Source of the DNA: Lama guanicoe
Taxonomy: Eukaryota
Direction of reading: 5' to 3'
Assembly (NCBI GenBank): GCA_013239625.1
Contig: MU053588.1
Span: 1,575,988-1,621,207, forward strand
Length of the DNA stretch: 45,220 nucleotides
The notes under the pieces: generated by a model
The model's input: the letters and a program-made list of their open reading frames with translations, nothing else
What the model was told of the DNA's origin: nothing
The model's database searches: none
Translations under genes and position numbers: made by a program
Shown: in pieces, positions 1 to 14,304 of the stretch
How positions within the stretch are numbered: the first letter of the stretch is position 1
Layout: each line of letters opens with the position of its first letter

Positions 1-2
1 AT

Positions 3-3516
<3,514 letters not shown>

Positions 3517-3866
3517 GGCCCAGTGCCCCATCCCTGAACCAAAGAGCCCTTTGGGTCACCCCTGCCCTGCCAGAGGCCAGTGGGGAGCTGGCCCTGCTCC
3601 TCCCAGCCTGGGAGACACTCCGTGTGGCCCCACCCTCCTTGCTGGGGAGTGTGTGGGACCCTACTACTGAACTCCGGTTTTGATTTTGTGACTTCTAAAA
3701 AAACACAGGGACTTGTGGGAGCAAGTAAGGCTCCCAGGACCCCTGCCCGCACCCTCCGGGACAGGCCCGCCCCTGTGTTTTCCTGTCTCTAGGAAGGACA
3801 GGCAGACCTCCCATCACTGGAACTCTGCATTGGGGGCCACCGGGGGTAGAGACAACACTACAAAAG

Positions 3867-3920
3867 GTGTGTATGTGTGTGTGCGTGTGTGTGTGTGCGC
3901 ACGTGTGCGTGCACACGTGT
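3867..3920 (+). repeat. Imperfect (TG)n/(TGCG) microsatellite in the PAK4 3' UTR
   Basis: gtgtgtatgtgtgtgtgcgtgtgtgtgtgtgcgcacgtgtgcgtgcacacgtgt. Confidence 0.85.
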
Positions 3921-4324
3921 GGAAGGGCCAGCGCCTCTGTCCTCCAGCCTGCAAGTGGGTGTCTCTGAGACCTCGCCTGACACACAGCCCCTTCCCCCCT
4001 GAGCCACTGCGGGGGGTCAATCATGAATGTCTGAAGAGTGGCCTTTTCCCGTCACCCCGCACCCCTTTATGTGGCTGGTGGGGAGCAGGGGTCAGGGCTT
4101 CCCACCCACCCCCAGCCTCTGCAGAACATGACTACTGCACCTGGACAGCCTCCTCTTTTCTAGAAGTCTATTTATATTGTCATTTTGTAACACTCTAGCC
4201 CCCATCTGGGACAGATGGTCTCTGTCCCACAGGGTGGCACCAGGGACAGAGCCACTGCTTGAAGAATCAGGTTCCTGGCCCCTCGGCGCAGCCCTGCCCT
4301 TCCCTCCCTCAAGTTAGTTTTACA

Positions 4325-4330
4325 ATTAAA
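4325..4330 (+). terminator. PAK4: Probable PAK4 polyadenylation signal
   Basis: ATTAAA about 810 nt after the stop, followed by a U/GU-rich downstream element (ttttcttgttttgtgtgtgtg). Confidence 0.7.
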
Positions 4331-6374
4331 ACATTTTCTTGTTTTGTGTGTGTGCGGTGTGTGTAGAGGCCCCTCCCTGTCCAGACCATCTGGGGGGCGG
4401 GTGTTGATGGGGACGAGCTCTGGGGTTGGGAAAGGAAGGCCTGGCTAACCCTGGGATTCCAGCCCAGCCGGGGCCAGGGCTGTGGCCGTGAGCGGGTGGG
4501 AGTTCAGGTCCAAGCAGCCCGTAACGCTCCCCGTCGTGGCGGCAGGGTTGACACCCCCTGGGCCTGGAAGCAGCCAGTTTACTAATCCACATGCCATGGT
4601 GACCAGTTTGCTAAATCTGTGATTTGCTGGAGACTTATTTTAAAGGTCATCTGGAGTGTGTTCAGTGCGCAGGAACTGATTCTTGGTGAGTTGAAGTTAA
4701 GAAATTGGTCAGCAGGCAGATGAGCTTTGGGGGATTGGCTAAGGCAGATGGACATAGCACTGGGGCTTCAGAGAGTCCACTGGCCGAGAACTTCCCTCCT
4801 GGCTGGGCCCCGGGGGCTGAGCTGAACCTGGCTTTCGGTGACTAGGATGATGGAGAAACGAGTCCGGCTGACAGGTGACAGCGCTGCTGCTGCGCTCTGG
4901 GCAGTGACTGCCCCAGGCCAGTGTGAACTTTGAGTGCATCCTCCCCAGGACGCTGAGAGGTGTCGAGGGCAGCAGCGGCCTCCTGGGGACACTGGGAGAG
5001 CAAGGAGCAAATCCCTCTCCCCAGAGCCCTCCCCAGTACCAGGGACCTCAGCCTGGTTTGTGGGCGGGAAGTGTGTGGAAAGGGCTTAGTCCCGTCTCCA
5101 CTGTCAGCAGCCGCCCCGACGGCACACCTCCACAGGCCCTGAGTCCCCCAGGATTGGGCGCTGTTCCCATAACAGCCTGGCCAAGTCCGTGCATGAGCTG
5201 GATAGCTGATTACAGAGACTTAAACACCAGTGCGGGCAGCTGTTGCTATAGATGATGAGTGTGTTTGTGTGGGTGAAGGGGGTACGTCTCTGGGAAAAAA
5301 AGCAAGCCAAAACTGGCGTAAGGAGAAATAGAACAGAAGAAAAGACCGAAATTCATCCCCCCACCCCCACACACAGAAAGCTTCGAGCTTGAATGCGTTT
5401 ACAAATGAGTTCTACCAGACGGATGGATCAGGTAATTCCCACCTTGTACAAGTTGTTCCAGAAAATAGACAAAGAGGATGGCTGCCTGGCTCATTTAGGA
5501 GGCTGGTATGCCCACGAGTCCAGAGCCAGGTAAGGCTGGTGGAGGAGAGAACATCGCAAAGTCTCCGCTCACAGCCCCGGGGCACTGAGAGCAGCTCTAG
5601 GCTCAGGCACAGGAAGTACCTGCCCGCCTCATTACGTGGTGGGGGGAGGTCTGTCTGGCTCCACGGAGCCTGCAGTTTCAAGAATAGTTTTGGGTGGCAT
5701 GAGGGCATCTCCAGACCCCTTGCCTCCCTCCAGCTGCTGTCACCCACACAGACGGAGTTCCAGGGTAGCAGTCGCCCCTCTAGTCGTTTTCTCTGGGGGA
5801 TGGGGGAGGTTAATACAAGGGGTTGGTTACCAAGGCCCTGGGAATTCTAGGGGAGCCAGAGGGCTAGTGACCTAGCCCTGGCAGGAGGCCGCCACCTCCC
5901 GGGGGCTGGAGGAACAAAAGGGCCAGTGGCACCGCCTGAACCCTGAGGTCTGTTCAAGTCTCCACCATGGCTGGAGCAGGGTGGCTCTCCCCGCTTCCCA
6001 CCCTCTGCTCCCACTCCCGTGCCTCCTACCGCGGGGACCTTACTGATTCCCACTGGCAAGGAAGTCAGACCAAGAGGGTTTTCAGGCTTCCAGCCTCTAC
6101 AGAACCAGGGGCTCCTAGAAGGGCAAGTGTGGCGGAGCAGCAGCAGACATCTGCCCACAGCCAAGCAGCCTGGAGGACTCCCTTCGTCCAGGGGTTGGTT
6201 ATTGACCAGATGTGGCGCCCCCTCTGGGCAGAGTGAGTGTTAACATGCGCTGCAGCAGGTGCTGTAGGTGGTGGTCTGAACTGCAGATGCCCAGGAGGGG
6301 GAGTCAGAGATGTATTCACCCACAGATGAGACGTGTTTACAGAGACCCAAAATGAGTGACTGAAACAAGTCAGA

Positions 6375-6550
6375 CCAGTGGTTCTCAAAGTGCGGTTCCC
6401 AGACGAGCAGCCTCCCTGGGAACTTACAGGAAATGTGAATTCCTAGGCCCCACCCCAGGCTGAATCAGAGACTCTGGGTGGGGCCAGCAATCTTGTATTT
6501 GAACAAGCCCTCCCAGGGGTTCTGATGCCACTCAAGTTTGAGAACCACTG
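6375..6550. mobile_element. MER5A-like hAT DNA transposon fossil
   Basis: cagtggttctcaaagtg ... tttgagaaccactg terminal inverted repeats and internal gaatcagagactctggg. Confidence 0.7.
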
Positions 6551-6879
6551 AGAGCTACAATTGTGTAAAAAGGCCAAGGAGTATGGGATCCAGCCCTGTC
6601 AGGTCAGCAAGGTCCTAGACCCCTTCCCCCTTGGGCTCCTCCATCCTAGGGTTGTTGCCTCTCCTACGTGAAGAGGGGGGCACTCCACTTCCCTTTAAGA
6701 CATGACCCAGAGGTTTCACCATTGCCCCTTTGGCCTGAGCTTGGTCACACAGCCACGCCTGGCAGCAAGGCAGGTTGGGAAATGTAGTCTTCATTCTGGG
6801 AGGCTGTGTGTCTAACTAAAACTGTTACTGCAGAATTGTGACCCTCCATCCCTGCTCTTCACTAGATTTGTCAGGCTTC

Positions 6880-7320
6880 ACCCCAGAGAACCCAGAGGAA
6901 GACCCAAGTGTATGCAGGAGCAAACTGATGGGGGGAAATAGATCGTTTGATAATAGTGTTGAGGAAATTGGTTCATTCTTTGAAGTAAAAACTGACTCGC
7001 TACCGAATACAACAAAAGGGAACCCAGTTCAGTGCAGTAGAGATATGAAACATTTCTATTATCTCAGTTCTGTTGGACAGTGCTTCTCTAGCCAGATTAA
7101 ACATCACCATGAAAGGTAAATTATAAAGTTGATAGAGGAAAATACTCGATGACCTAGAGGCAGAGAAGGACTTCTTAAAGCCTCAAAGGAACACATTAAA
7201 GAAAAGTAATCAATTTGATTTTATCAAAAATTTAAGTTTTTGTTCAAGGAAGGACACTGCGGGAAATGGACTAGGTTTCAGAATGGGAGATGTTTACAAA
7301 GCCTAACACCTTCAAGATAT
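6880..7320 (+). mobile_element. Old L1 (L1M-type) ORF2/3' fragment, part upstream of the FTL retrocopy
   Basis: A-rich degenerate L1-like sequence (gatgacctagaggcagagaaggacttcttaa; aatttgattttatcaaaaatttaagtttttgttc; gaatgggagatgtttaca). Confidence 0.55.
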
Positions 7321-7327
7321 TTCTTTA

Positions 7328-8229
7328 GGCAGTGTGCTCGGTGATCCTGCGGATCATCTCTTGCTTCAACAGTGTTTGGACAGAACAGACTCAGGGACGC
7401 CCCTTGCTCCAGCCTCCGACCACTCTTCAACCTTTTTTCTAGTTGCAACCTTCAGAAGCAGCCACTCTGCTACCCTCAGCCTCGGGGACCAGCCAACACC
7501 ATTTTGTGAGCTTAACTCCTTATTACCAATCCACCATGAGCTCCCAGATTCGTCAGAATTATTCCACCGAGTTGGAGGCTGCCGTCAACCACCTGGTCAA
7601 CATGCATCTGTGGGCCTCCTACACCTGCCTCTCTCTGGGCTTCTATTTCTGCCACGATGATGTGGCTCTGGAGGGCGTGGGCCACTTTTTCCGCGAATTG
7701 CCCAAGGAGAAGCGCGAGGGTGCTGAGCATCTCTTGAAAATGCAAAACCAGTGTGGTGGCCGCAGCCTCTTTCAGAACATGCAGAAGCCATCTCAAGATG
7801 AGTGGGGTAAAAACCAGGACACTATGGAAGCTGCTATTGTCCTGGAGAAGAACCTGAACCAGGCCCTTTTGGATCTGCATGCCCTGGGTTCCACCCACCC
7901 AGACCCACACCTCTGTGACTTCTGGGAGGGCCACTTCCTGGATGAAGAGGTGAAACTCATCAAGAAGATGGGCGACCACCTGACTCACCTCCACAGGCTG
8001 GCTGGTCCCCAGGCTGGGCTGGGCGAGTATCTCTCCCAAAGGCTCACCCTCAAGCATGACTAGGAGCCTCTGCAACCCCACGGCCTTTGTGGAGCCCCTC
8101 TGGTGTCAGCGCTTCTGCCTGAAGCCTCTCTCTGTGGTCACCAGACAGCTTTTTAACCATCCTGGAGCCCTCTCCCAACCCTTGGACCACATGGTAACAA
8201 TAAAGCTTTCTGCAACAGAAAAAAAAAAA
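7328..8229 (+). pseudogene. FTL: Processed (retrotransposed) ferritin light chain copy: full-length 5'UTR, intronless open ORF 7536-8063 (175 aa), 3'UTR and poly(A)
   Basis: ATG at 7536 in ccacc[25 protein letters not shown]...[13 protein letters not shown] has the FTL length and no introns. AATAAA at 8199-8204, A11 at 8219-8229. Many R->H/W/C changes at former CpG codons. Confidence 0.93.
7357..7389 (+). promoter_or_regulatory. Iron-responsive element (IRE) hairpin in the FTL retrocopy 5'UTR
   Basis: TCTCTTG-C-TTCAA-CAGTGT-TTGGA-CAGAACAGA: CAGUGN loop at 7370-7375, 5-bp upper stem, unpaired C7364. Confidence 0.9.
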
Positions 8230-8430
8230 TTAACGGGTAAAAAAGCAACCCTAACTGTAAAATGGGCAGAGGATATAAACTGGCAATTTACAGAAGGAAA
8301 AAAATCCAAAAGGCCAATAGGGATATGCGCAGGTGCTTAAGCTCATCAGTGATCAGAGAAAAGCAAATTCAACAATGAGCTGTCATTTTAACACGGCGAA
8401 CCTGGTAAAAATTAGAAAGTCGGCCTTCAT
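8230..8430 (+). mobile_element. Old L1 fragment continuing downstream of the FTL retrocopy
   Basis: aaaatgggcagaggatataaactggcaatttacagaagg...aaaggccaatagggatatg...gtgatcagagaaaagcaaatt...caatgag resembles L1 ORF2 3' consensus. Confidence 0.6.
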
Positions 8431-9378
8431 CAGCCGAGGACTGCTCATGCGTATCTCCTGGTAACTCCGCTCTTGGGTGACTTCCCAAAGAAACTCTCCC
8501 TCTGGACCAGGACGGGGCGAGCCCAAGGATGTTCACCGCAGCAGTGTTTCTGCCAGAGCTGAGAGCGCCAGCAAGGGGCTCCTGTGCAGCCGTTGGGAGC
8601 CAGGGACCGAGTGTGCTCATGGGGAAGGATGAATGAAAGAGTGGTCTTGGGAGAAATAAAGGCCTGAAGGCCATGCTGCAGGTCTGTTGTATAAGCAAAT
8701 TGCAACCCGCTTTGGTGTGGACTGGGGCCTGGCCACAGGTGTCTAAAATGAGAATTATCCAGGTGATTCTAACCCGCAGTCAGGATGGGAAATGAGAGAA
8801 CGGCAGTTGGCCGCAGTAAGTCATTGTTAGCATCAAACCTCATGCCTGCCTCCAGCCAATGTCCCGTGAGAAGGGCTCAGGGAATCATCTCACGTCTTCC
8901 CTCATTTCACAGATGTGGAGACTGAAGTCCACGGAGGGAAAGGGCCTTGCCCAGGGTCACACGGCTTACGAGGGCCAGGCTTGAAATCTTGGGTCCCTCA
9001 CTGGCTTTTAGAGCCAGGCTTTGGGCTGGGTGGTGGGACTGCAACAGCGAGCAGGACAGACCCGGTCCAGGAGGGCCAGGCAGGTGACTTCGGTGGTTGT
9101 AGGGGGGTGGGGGGTGGTCGCACACACGCCCCTCTCAGGGTCAGTCACTTCTCAGAGCTCTGTGGCCTTGTGGGAGTTTGGTCCAATGATGCCAAATGTT
9201 CTGACTTTCCTCAAGAAATCCCCATTTTCATGTGAAAGCTCTTGAATCTTAAAGGCAGGTAACTAATTCAAACATAATATCATGTGGGCCAAGCAAAATC
9301 AAGGTAGTAGTTAACATTTATCAAAGCCTTACCGCGTCTGGTGCTTTGCTGAGCTCCTGGTATTACCTCATTTAACCC

Positions 9379-9830
9379 TGTAGTGGATTGAAGAGTGTCC
9401 CCTTTCCCCCCACCAAAAAATCAGATATGTCCCTGTGGAACCTATGGATGTGACCTTATTTGGAAAAGGAGTATTTGCAGATGTGATCAAGGATCTTGAG
9501 AAGAGACCATCCTGGCTTATCTGGGTGGGCCCTAAATCCAGTGACAAGTGTCCTTAGAAGAGAAAAATAGAGGGAGATAGATTTGAGACACCCAGAGAAG
9601 GCCAGGTGAAGACAGGCAGAGATGTGGCCATGAGCTGAGCCACATGGGCAGCCACCAAAAGCTGGAAGAGGCCGGGAAGTCTTCTCCCCCTAAAGCTCCC
9701 GAGGGAGCAAGTCCCTGTTGACACCTTGATTTCAGGCTCCAGCTTCCAGAACAGCAAGAGAAGACATTCTTGCTGTTTTAAGCCACCACATTTGCGGCAA
9801 TTCAATATGGCAGCCCAGGAAACCAACGCT
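9379..9830. mobile_element. MLT1-type MaLR solo LTR
   Basis: tgtagtggattgaa...tgtgaccttatttggaaaagg...tttgcagatgtgatcaagg...tgctgttttaagccacc hallmark blocks. Confidence 0.75.
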
Positions 9831-12239
9831 ACCCTCCTAGCAGCCCTCTGAGGGCTGTAACTTCCTTGTCCCAATTTACAGCTGGGAGATTAAGGACCAG
9901 AGACATGAAGTCACCAGCCTGAGGTCACACAGGAAGAAAGAGGCAGGGTTTGAAGCCAGGCACTTGGCCTGGAAGCCTTTCCTCTTCGTCATCATGCCAC
10001 AGCCTCCTGAAGACTGGGCAGGGCTCCCCTCAATACACACCTGAGGGACCCCTGGTCTGAGCAGGAAAGTGTCAACCCTCTGTCTTTTGGGGCTACCAGT
10101 CACAGCAACTAGGCCAGACCCCCAAAAAGGGATTCCAGAAGAAAGACAGTCACTCCTAGAGAAGACTGAGCTGTATTGAGGTTGGGGGACAAGGTGGGGC
10201 AGTAAATAGTGTCCTGGCCTGTGGTTTGCGGAGGTGGGGACAGCTCGGAGCCTTTCCCCAAATGATCAAAGGCATCAGCAGAAGTTTGGGGACCACTGGG
10301 TTAAACAGAGTTAAACTCTCTCTCACTTTCTTCCTGCCCCCATCTCTTCCCTCCACCTTTATTCCCAACTTCCTCTCTCTCTTTTAATCATTTAATCTTA
10401 TTTAATATTTGAACAGGTAACCAAAGCCCATGGTACCAACTGTAAAGGCTCCCAAAAGGAATAAATTGCAAAGTCAACCTCCCTCCCTCCCCACTCCCAG
10501 ACTCCCAGTCCCCTCCCCAGGGGCAGCCACTGATACACGTTTCTTGTCTCTCCTTCCAGAAATGTATGCACAGACCAGGAACTACCTACGTGCATATATT
10601 CATATATGTTCTACTTTGTGCAAATGTTAGCATAATGGACACATCCTTCTACACCTTGCCTTTTGCTACCTAATAGTGCATTCTGGTGGAGGAGGTGGGC
10701 CTCAGCTGGTACATAAAAGCAACCTCACTTCTGCTAATGACTGGGTGGTATTCTACGGTGCACATGAACCATGATTTATTGAAACAGCCTGAAATGATGG
10801 ATGTTCAGGAAGCCCGTGGTTACTTGCTGTTCTAAACAATGCCCCAGGAGAGATCTTCACACACTTTCCATTTGGTGCTGGACAAATTTATTTGGTGTGC
10901 ATATGCCTTGCGTCCTCCCCCACCTGCCCCTGGACTGTCACCTGGCCTCTGCCGCAGGTAATGCCTTCTGGCCTCTGACCCTCCCTCCCTGGAACTAGTC
11001 AACTCCACCCCAGTCTCCATAAGCGTCTCTCTTTTTGTCTGTCTCTATGCTTCAGCCTCTCCAGATCTCTCTGCCTCTCTTTCCTTCTGTCTGTCTTTAT
11101 CTTCAGTTCTCTGCCTAGATAGCTGTCTTCCTCTCTACACCTTCCCACCTCCTCCTCTTCTCCCTTTGTCCTGTCTTCATTTCCCTGGTTCTACCCTAGT
11201 TCATCCCTGCCTCTCTGTTGCCCCCTACAGGATGAATCTGGCTCAACACACATCCCTGCCTCAGCCCAGTGGTTTATATCTGGGGGATGCGGTACCCAAC
11301 CTAGCACAAATTTCTCCCACCCTCAACCCTCTCCTGACCTGGCTAGGATTTCCATCCCCTGCAGCCCTGGTGGAGAAACCACCATCTTCCCCTCCAGGCC
11401 CCGGTGCCTGCCCTCCTGGACCCCTGCCTTTCTCTCTCTGTATCAGCAGGACTGGGCCCTGGGATGCACAGATGCTCCCGGGGGTGATACTAGTTTTGCA
11501 ACAGGAGCTGTGGGAGCTAGACTTGGGCAGGTTGGATGTGGTTCCTGGGCTGGACAGAGCCTCATCCTCCTGTTCAGGGCCCGGCCTTCTTGCCCTCCTT
11601 GCTCAACAAACAGAGCGACCAGTCTGTGTCAGCCCTGAGCTGGGGACAAACAATAAACAAACCCACCCAAGGCCCTGCCCTGGTGAAGCTGACATTCTCA
11701 CCGGGTGACACAGGTCATGACCAAGTGAACATACTCACATACTTAGAGGTATTTACAAATCACACTAAGTTCAAGAAAGAAAGAACTGGGTGTGGTGATA
11801 AAGAAGACGGGGGGATGGGGTGGGGGGCCAGGAACTGACCTTGGCAAGGGAGGGCCCAGTTGCCTTCTATGAACCAATAGGGAAGAATCAGGTAGAATAA
11901 AGCAAGAAGGGGTGTGCCTTCTGAAGAGGTGACATTTGAATGGAGATGAAGGTATCTATGGAGGCATGGAGTGGAAGGCCTTTTAGGCAGAAGAGACAGC
12001 ATGTGCAAAGGTCCTAAGGTAGGCAGTTGGAGGGTCAAGGACCAGCAAAAATATGGGACTCACAGTGGGTGAGGAGGAAGGCATGGGCCATCTCATGTAG
12101 TATGGTGGGGAAGAGATACCCCATCTTATAGCTGGGACACTAAGGCGTGGAGAGAAGGAAAGTCCTTTGCCCGAGGACACAAAGGGAGAGGGTGAGGACT
12201 GTTGAGCTCAGGCAGCCTTGTGCTCCCCGTCACTAGGAC

Positions 12240-12410
12240 AGTGATTCTTAGTGTGGGGTCCCATTCCAGCAGCATCAGCATCACTTCTCGGTCCCCGCCC
12301 CCAGAACTACCAAATCAGAAACTTGGGGTGGGCACAGGGGTGTGTGCCCAGCAGCCTGCATTCAATAAGCCCTCCAGAGGATTCCAACACACAAATATGA
12401 GAACCACTGA
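12240..12410. mobile_element. MER5A-like DNA transposon fossil
   Basis: cagtgattct...ccagcagcatcagcatcac...aatcagaaact...tgagaaccactg. Confidence 0.6.
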
Positions 12411-12467
12411 GCCAGACGCTCCTGCCTCTACAAGTTTTGGTCCTACCGTTTGAGGCACCCTTGCCCA

Positions 12468-12890
12468 CTATGGGTTGGTAGGTGGTCCCCCTCTAAAGAT
12501 ATGGCCACATCCTAATCCCCAGAACCTGTGAATGCTATTGTATTTGGAAAAAGGGTCTTTGTAGTTATATTTAGGTTGGGGACCTTGAGATGAAATGATC
12601 ATCCTAGGTAACCCTGATGGGCCCTAAATTCAAGGACAAGTGTCCTTAAAAGAGTGAGACAGAGGGAAATCTGAGAGAGAAGGAGGCATTTGAACAGGAA
12701 GGCTGAGATTGGAGGGATGTGACCACAAGCCAAAGAACACTGGCCACCACCAGGAGCTGAGAGAGGCAGGGAAGGATTCTCTCTTACCTCTGGAGGGTGC
12801 CTGCCAACTTGATTTCAGACTCTTGATCTCCAGAATCGTGAGAGAATACATTTCTGTTGTTTAAGCTACCAAGGGTACACCAATTTGTTG
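12468..12890. mobile_element. MLT1-type MaLR solo LTR
   Basis: cctaatccccagaacctgtgaatg...tatttggaaaaagggtctttg...gtgagagaatacatttctgttgtttaagc. Confidence 0.75.
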
Positions 12891-13050
12891 AGTGAGTTAC
12901 TAGACCTCTCTGGGCCTCAGTTTCCTACCTGCCAAATGGGTATAACAAGAGTATCTGTTTCCTAGGGAGGATGTGGAAATTGAATTAATGACTCCACATA
13001 AAGAACTTAGAACAATGCCTGGCAGACAGGCAGCCCTTAATTACGTGAGA
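12890..13050. mobile_element. MIR SINE fragment
   Basis: ctctctgggcctcagtttcctacctgccaaatggg...aacttagaacaatgcctggca MIR core. Confidence 0.6.
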
Positions 13051-14304
13051 ATTGTCATTCGGGTGTGAGCTCAACTCTGAGTGTCTGTAACTCGTGTTTC
13101 TCAGCATCTTGTGGGAATCTGGGGCATGAAGGGCCCTTGGAAGTAAATGGGGTTATCTGGGGTGGTATGGGCCTGTGAGAGGGAACTCTATTTCCTCATC
13201 TGTGAAATGGGCATAGCAGTAGCTCCCCACTCAGGGTAGGTGTGCAGGAAAGAAGGGTGCTGGAGCATATCGTGTAGCTCCACACATACTTCTCTATTAC
13301 CTTTCCTTTACCCATAAAATGTCCATAATAGTAGCACGTACGACCTTACCCTTATGAGAGAATGAAATGAACTTGTAATACTTATAACAGCACCTAGCAA
13401 GCAGAAAGCGCTCACTGTGGTGCATGTTACTAGTCATCCATATGGAACTCTGCGTCTGTGCTTACCTGGCCCAGGTGTGGGATGGGGATTGGGCAGGATG
13501 TGGCGGTGGGCATCTGGCCCTGCAGGTTCCTCTGCCATCCCACTTCCTCCACACCCTGACCTCCTGCCCCCAACATCGCTCCAGCCCTCACTCCCAACTC
13601 CCTGTGACCTCTGAGGGCGGAGGCTTTGGCAGCCTGTGCCGCCTGCTCCAGCCCCAGGGAGGGGCGCAAGGCACCCTGATACCCAGGTGGGGTTGCCACT
13701 TGTCTCTCAGTGTCTCCCTGGGGTCTCCCATCTCTGTGACTCCTCATCGTTGGCTCTGGGTCTCTTTCAGTCCTCCGCCCCCCACCCCCATTGCGTTTCC
13801 AGAAAACGAAATACCAGGGTCCCAAGGGTGTGTCCTAGGGCAGGGCAGAGGAGGAAGTAGCAGAGACAGGACCTCCCCTCCCTCCCCACCCCCACCCCTC
13901 ACCGCCTAGCAGGAGATGATGAGGGGGTTTCATTAATTAGCCTCTAATCCTGCCACGCGGGATCTTAACGAGGTGGAGGGGCCTCATTAGTGAGCCGGAG
14001 CCCTGGCATTAGCGCCTTTGTCACACCCCTCTCCCAGGGCTGGGTCCTCAGCTGGCCCTGGGGAAATGGGGGCAGGAGGCCTGGGATACGGAACTGGGCT
14101 GGGACCTGGACTTCTGCATTTTGGAAGAAGGAGGAGCTGGGACCCGGACTCCTGGGTCTGATGGAGGAGGGCCAGGGGCTCAGATCCTCCCCTCAACACA
14201 CCCCTCACTTAAATGCCAGCCGAGGCGCCCCGCCCTCTCCCGCCCCGGGTAACCCCGCGCTCTGCCCCTGCAGAGGAGCCGGGACAGTCGCCCAGACCCG
14301 ACGG

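Noticed and set aside
7443..7535. 31-aa N-terminal extension of the FTL ORF (206 aa in the track)
   Set aside because: Begins at a TTG inside the retrocopied 5'UTR; the true start is ATG 7536.
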